From the NCBI GenBank assembly GCA_034226945.1, contig CP120454.1, forward strand, positions 1,364,001 to 1,428,000: DNA of 64,000 nucleotides, read 5' to 3'. The translations under genes were made by a program, and so were the position numbers. Below are positions 59,176-64,000 of the stretch, piece after piece. Position 1 is the stretch's first letter; each line of letters opens with the position of its first letter. The stretch comes from Picochlorum sp. SENEW3 (Eukaryota). A model generated the notes under the pieces. That model was not told the origin of the DNA, made no database searches, and worked only from the letters and a program-made list of their open reading frames with translations.

Positions 59176-60324
59176 ATGAAAAAGCACCGGAGTAAGCGAC
59201 GCGATGATGGAGCAAAGGAGAATGAGACGGTTCGGTTGGCGAACGAATACCTTGTCCGAGGGGACGTTGTCTCCCTGAGAAAGCTCGCCGCAGTGCGTGG
59301 TCTAGTCTCCCATTCTCTGAGGAAGAGGGCATGGCCTTTCATGCTTGGTGCTGAAACGACGGATGTATATGAGGAAGGCACGGAAATAGCAAACAGCAAG
59401 AAGCCTCAGTACCAGTCTATGTCCTCCATGAGCCACAAAGATGATGCTGTCGTTCGTGCTGACATGGAGAGGTCGTTGTGGAAGTTTACGAAAGGATGGA
59501 GCGAGGAAGAAAGAAATGAAGAGAGGAAACGGTTGGCTCGTGTGGTGAATGCGTCTGTACGAGGGAACGAAACTGGTGTGTTTTACTACCAAGGACTGCA
59601 TGATGTTGCATCCATCCTGTTGCTTGTATGCGGGGAGGGTGCGGCCCATGGGATGCTGGAAAAGCTCGTATCGTGTCACCTAAGGGATTGTACGCGAGCA
59701 ACAATCGACCCCGCGATTCAAACGCTACGACTCTTATATCCATTGCTGGAGCATGCAGACAGAGACTTGTACAACTTTATCAAATCTTTGAATGAGCCAG
59801 CACTCGATGTACCATACTTTGCTCTCAGTTGGTATATGACGTGGTTTTCTCATGATGTGGAGACTGTGGAACAGAGTGCTCGATTATTCGATGTGTTCAT
59901 TGCATCACACCCCCTCATGCCTCTGTATGTTGCAGTCCACGTCCTGGTGGGAGCTCGAGACGACATTATGTCTCGCTTTTCTCAGCATGAGGGTGATCTC
60001 GTATACTCATATCTAAATAAACTGCCCATCCTGGGGCCGGGAAGGCCAGACGTGGATCAGCTGGCGCAGAGAGCAGTGGGCCTGTACAGGGAGTTCCCGC
60101 CATCCAGAATCACCTCGTCCTCTGTGATGAAGGGAAACCGCCAGACGATGGCGACATGCAGCATCCCATTCGCCACATTACGACAAGGCCGATGGTATAT
60201 AGACGATCCCCGTGACCATCGCGGCACAGAGTCGCACACCTTGCGATCAAAACTACAGACGATAGCCATTGGTGCCATCCTCACAGGTATTGCAGGTGCA
60301 GCCATGCTCTTCAACACGAACTAA
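59176..60324 (+). CDS. TBC-domain Rab GTPase-activating protein (TBC1D20/Gyp8-like)
   Basis: LRKRAWP, ADMERS (Arg finger), YYQGLHDV (Gln finger), FALSWYMTWFSHD; C-terminal TM. Confidence 0.92.
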   Translation: MKKHRSKRRDDGAKENETVRLANEYLVRGDVVSLRKLAAVRGLVSHSLRKRAWPFMLGAETTDVYEEGTEIANSKKPQYQSMSSMSHKDDAVVRADMERSLWKFTKGWSEEERNEERKRLARVVNASVRGNETGVFYYQGLHDVASILLLVCGEGAAHGMLEKLVSCHLRDCTRATIDPAIQTLRLLYPLLEHADRDLYNFIKSLNEPALDVPYFALSWYMTWFSHDVETVEQSARLFDVFIASHPLMPLYVAVHVLVGARDDIMSRFSQHEGDLVYSYLNKLPILGPGRPDVDQLAQRAVGLYREFPPSRITSSSVMKGNRQTMATCSIPFATLRQGRWYIDDPRDHRGTESHTLRSKLQTIAIGAILTGIAGAAMLFNTN

Positions 60325-60409
60325 CCCTACCTACTTTTTCAATGTTCTTCTTCTGCTTATTATTACAATATTGCAATAGTGTGTATCATGCATCAATTGA
60401 GAAAATCGA

Positions 60410-61008
60410 TCAGCTGCTCTTATTAAATCCAAGCCCCTTCTCCTCTGCATATCTTTCCATAAACCTCATAAACCTATCCCACTCAAACGCACTACGCATC
60501 ACAAGTTTTGCTTCAATCGCACTAGGCTTGCCATTCAAAAACTTGGCCTGCACCTCCACTGTCTGAATTGTACCCTCATCATCGTTCATGTACAACCCTG
60601 TAATGTCCCCCAGCTCGCTGCTTGCCCCAAACACAGATGGATTCTCAAACACAAACGTGGCCGTCCCGCTCGACCCATCCCTGCTACGGGTCAACTTGAC
60701 ATCAGGGATCGTAGGCTCCTCCACTCCTTTGATAAACTCCAGGGTCGCAGCCTCAGCAACCAGCAATGACGGCTTCTTGTGGTGACTCGTTCTCACAGGA
60801 GCACCCACAAAGGTCTGACGACCTTGCAATCTAACGCTGCTCCCAGACACGGAGGTCGTGGATGAAACGACTGCATCATATGAAAATTTGAACATGATGA
60901 GATCTATGATTGCAGATTGTGAAAACGAGCGACGTCGTCGAGAGGTCCTGCAGCCACAGGAATGTTGATGATTCACGCACCAGAGGTCTTCATTGATATC
61001 ATTGACAT
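60410..61008 (-). CDS. PSB28: Photosystem II assembly factor Psb28
   Basis: FIKGVEE..IPDVKLTRSRDG, DDEG and EWDRFMRFMERYAE motifs; short first exon with probable intron 60871-60980. Confidence 0.95.
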
Positions 61009-61109
61009 GATTCTAGTATTATTCAAATGTTTTTCTGTATTAATAGAGGAAAATGCGTGGCAGTGCCGAATACTCCAAATACTGTTGATCACGCCGTGGC
61101 TCTGATCAT

Positions 61110-61151
61110 TGCCAGATCTTCAGATCTCGTGTAAGATCTCAAGATCTGGCA
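61110..61151. repeat. Imperfect palindrome with four AGATCT units in the divergent PSB28 promoter
   Basis: tgccAGATCTtcAGATCT-cgtgta-AGATCTcaAGATCTggca; 18-bp arms with one mismatch. Confidence 0.85.
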
Positions 61152-61369
61152 GCATCCATCGAGGCTATTGTTGTGGCATGGCCATGGCTCGATCTTTATC
61201 ACACACTCAACATTTTTGTATTCATAATTCATTGGTTTCGAATCGTCCCTGTGTACGGACGAGTATGCGAGTGGTGTCGTTTGAGATTTAATTTTCAAAA
61301 ACACGTTGCTTCGTCGTCACACCGTATCCCAGTATTGTTGAATTTGATTTTTGAACGAATAACATTCAG

Positions 61370-62602
61370 ATGAAAGGGATCTGGGATGTATACTGTGCAT
61401 CCCGTGTGGTACAGATGGATGGGCCAGGGGTGCTGGGTGTGTTGCGAGGGCCGACGAAACAGTTGGTGTCATCTGCTTTGGTGGGCGCCTGTGGTATCTC
61501 GGGTGTCGAGTATGCGCTGGATGGGGGAGCGCATTGTCTCGTGTATAGATCTCCATATGATGATGAGGTATTGTATGGGGGTGCTGGCCTAGGTCAGCCG
61601 GAAGTGTACTATCGTCCTGTTGGGTTGGCTGCTATTCGAATGATTGCAAGTCCATACAGTGTGGGGTTGACATTGGTGAGGAACATGTCGCTGTCGTGTT
61701 TGGGTGTCGCGCATGGGCATATTGTATTGCTGACTGAGGCAGAGGAAAGGGCGATTGAGAAGGGTGTGGCTGCAGAGGATGTGCCATTTCCATGGGAGGA
61801 GGTGCCCAAGGCTGTTCGACGGGGAGTCATCAATAGTGGATTGGATATGGCAGTCTTGTCTGTGAGGAGTATGTTGGACTGGAGTATACAGCCTTCTTCT
61901 AATGGTTGTCATAGGATGTGTGTGGATTTGAAGCGGACGGCGCGAGAGGTGATATGTGATTCGACTTCTTCGTTTTGGGAGAGGTTTGCCAAGGTGTTGG
62001 GGACTGGTTTGTTTTCAGAGATGACGTTGTTTGCATCCGAGTGGATTATTTCCTGTGTATTGGATTCTATGAGAATATTGGCACGAGATAATGTTGGAAG
62101 GAAGACGCAGAGGGTGGCTGTGAGGTGTGGCATGCATGGTGCTCGCTGTGTGTCCTTGTGGTTGGCTGTGTGTCTTGGGAACGGTATGGGAGCGAGCGCT
62201 CCTCGACTGCAGCCAGTCTGCATGCTGGCGTGTGCGAACGTGTCATCATTCTTAGTGAACATGTTTTACGCGTCTCTGACAGCTCGCGTTGAAGATGCAG
62301 TGTTCAGCAAAGATGATGATGGTTCAGATGATGATGCTGGAGAAGACGGACAGAATGATGAGCAACCTTATTCTCCTCCTGCTGCAGCTTCCTCTTCGAG
62401 AGATATGTCTCAATATGGCCCCGAGTCTCCTGATATGACTCCTATGCCGACCCAGGAGATTGACAAGTCCGTCATGATGGATGGGGATGAAGGTCAGACT
62501 GCAACACCACGTGATGATGGGCCATCTGCTGCTTCAGTGACACACGTTGTCTCGTCGAGAGGACCCAGACTGCCGCCACGGCGACGTCTTGTTAAGAAAT
62601 GA
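61370..62602 (+). CDS. Hypothetical protein with hydrophobic segments and acidic C-terminal tail
   Basis: 410-aa ORF; no family recognised. Confidence 0.65.
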   Translation: MKGIWDVYCASRVVQMDGPGVLGVLRGPTKQLVSSALVGACGISGVEYALDGGAHCLVYRSPYDDEVLYGGAGLGQPEVYYRPVGLAAIRMIASPYSVGLTLVRNMSLSCLGVAHGHIVLLTEAEERAIEKGVAAEDVPFPWEEVPKAVRRGVINSGLDMAVLSVRSMLDWSIQPSSNGCHRMCVDLKRTAREVICDSTSSFWERFAKVLGTGLFSEMTLFASEWIISCVLDSMRILARDNVGRKTQRVAVRCGMHGARCVSLWLAVCLGNGMGASAPRLQPVCMLACANVSSFLVNMFYASLTARVEDAVFSKDDDGSDDDAGEDGQNDEQPYSPPAAASSSRDMSQYGPESPDMTPMPTQEIDKSVMMDGDEGQTATPRDDGPSAASVTHVVSSRGPRLPPRRRLVKK

Positions 62603-62615
62603 TTATTACATGCCA

Positions 62616-64000
62616 TTATATATCTGATGGAAGACCGCCCAGAAAATATCCCTGGTGGGCCTTTGCTCTAGACAGAATGAACTCAAATGATGGAATCCCC
62701 TTGCTCAGACTGTGAATGTTTCCTACAAGGAGGAGATGATGTTTGGCTCTAGTCAGGGCGACATTCAGTCTACATGCATCTGATGCAAATGAGGATGGCT
62801 TGGAGGTGGCCGTGGACAAGATGATAATGTCCTTCTCAGCACCCTGAAATGAGTCTACAGTGGCAATGTGAATGCCGTCAGCTTGGATGTGTGACACAGC
62901 CCTCACCAGGGCGTCCACGTGGGCCTTATAAAATGCAATTACTCCTATAAAGTCTGGAGGAATACCGTGTCCTAGTAATTTCTGTATTATAGTTGCCACT
63001 GCCCGTGCTTCCATATCATTGTAAATACTGCGGTGGGAATAGCTTTCCTGGCCCAACATGATATCAACAACAGACACAGCTGGCAGAATCTTTGCCAGGG
63101 GTGGCCGTTGCTCAGGTGTTATTCCATCTAAGAGTTTATTCTCATAGAAGAATTTATTGGATACGCATGCAATGTCTGGATGGCATCGATACTGTGTTCT
63201 CAATAGATGGGGGATGTGGCCCAAATCAGTCAGCCTGACAAATAATGGCCTGGCAACACTGTGACCTTCGCGCACGTGTTCTGGTGAACAGACCACAGGA
63301 GGCAGCTGATTTGGATCACCTGCAGCAATAACATACTTGCATTTGGATCGAATAATGGGCGCCAAGGATAAGGGTTCCGTTAGCTGAGATGCCTCATCAA
63401 GGATGAGGATATCAAATGTTTGGTCTTCGAGGATTGACAGAGCTGTCGAAACGCATGTCACGCCTACGATGGGACAAGTTTTCAGCATCTTTTTTCTTTT
63501 CCGATCCGATCCGCGCTCTGCTTCTGCAATTTCAGCCTGAAGTTTCCTGAGAACTTGCCCAGATGCAGCCTTGGCCATTTCCTTGAGCTCTCCTAATGCT
63601 GTGTTGTGAGACTTAGATTCTGATGCGTGAATGGAGTACTCCAGTATCTCGTGATGTATTTTTTTAAGTGCACCCACTCGAAGGAAATCAGAGACACCAC
63701 TGCGCATGAGCCCGATCAGCACTCTGTCCACAGCAATATTGGTGTGCGAACACACAAGAACCCTAGCATTTGACAGACCACCCGTCGACTCCTTCGAACG
63801 CCTGAGCGCAAGAATTAAATGTAATATTGAAACCATAAGCTGACTTTTACCGCTCCCAAATGGTCCATGCACTAAGCAGATGGGCTGGTATGTTGGCTGC
63901 CTATGCCACCTGGCTACATGGCTGAGCACCTCCAGTTGGTGCGTGTTCAGATTAAATGTCGTGCTCACCTGCTTGAACTCTTCCATTGCACCCTCAGACT
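62616..64000 (-). CDS. Upf1-like SF1 helicase, ZGRF1-like C-terminal domain; 5' end beyond the window
   Basis: HGPFGSGKS, SHTNIAVDRVL, FLRVG, LDEASQ, GDPNQLPP, QYRCHP, TVDSFQGAEKD, LNVALTRAK. Confidence 0.9.
   Translation of the reverse strand, partial: SEGAMEEFKQVSTTFNLNTHQLEVLSHVARWHRQPTYQPICLVHGPFGSGKSQLMVSILHLILALRRSKESTGGLSNARVLVCSHTNIAVDRVLIGLMRSGVSDFLRVGALKKIHHEILEYSIHASESKSHNTALGELKEMAKAASGQVLRKLQAEIAEAERGSDRKRKKMLKTCPIVGVTCVSTALSILEDQTFDILILDEASQLTEPLSLAPIIRSKCKYVIAAGDPNQLPPVVCSPEHVREGHSVARPLFVRLTDLGHIPHLLRTQYRCHPDIACVSNKFFYENKLLDGITPEQRPPLAKILPAVSVVDIMLGQESYSHRSIYNDMEARAVATIIQKLLGHGIPPDFIGVIAFYKAHVDALVRAVSHIQADGIHIATVDSFQGAEKDIIILSTATSKPSSFASDACRLNVALTRAKHHLLLVGNIHSLSKGIPSFEFILSRAKAHQGYFLGGLPSDI

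Overview
Gene-dense eukaryotic nuclear DNA from a compact-genome green alga. Evidence: chlorophyll a/b LHC genes, Psb28, LPA1, Tic20, short GT-AG introns and chlorophyte-type TGTAA poly(A) signals; a Picochlorum-like trebouxiophyte is my inference. About 40 protein-coding genes, mostly housekeeping or photosynthetic. I found no rRNA, tRNA, CRISPR or transposon. Most notable: (1) two tandem full-length ABCB transporters with strongly diverged membrane domains whose ATPase domains are near-identical GC-rich blocks (721 nt with no mismatch found; 773 nt with 3), suggesting domain-restricted gene conversion; (2) a single spliced MtnA-MtnK methionine-salvage fusion gene; (3) an MTA1/AMT1-clade MT-A70 enzyme predicting DNA 6mA; (4) a SANT-like plus twin GATA-finger regulator downstream of an extended heat-shock element; (5) a triple-RRM gene broken by a 1-nt frameshift in a G8 run; (6) an AGATCT x4 palindrome upstream of PSB28. 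Family assignments come from motif recognition by eye, not database searches.
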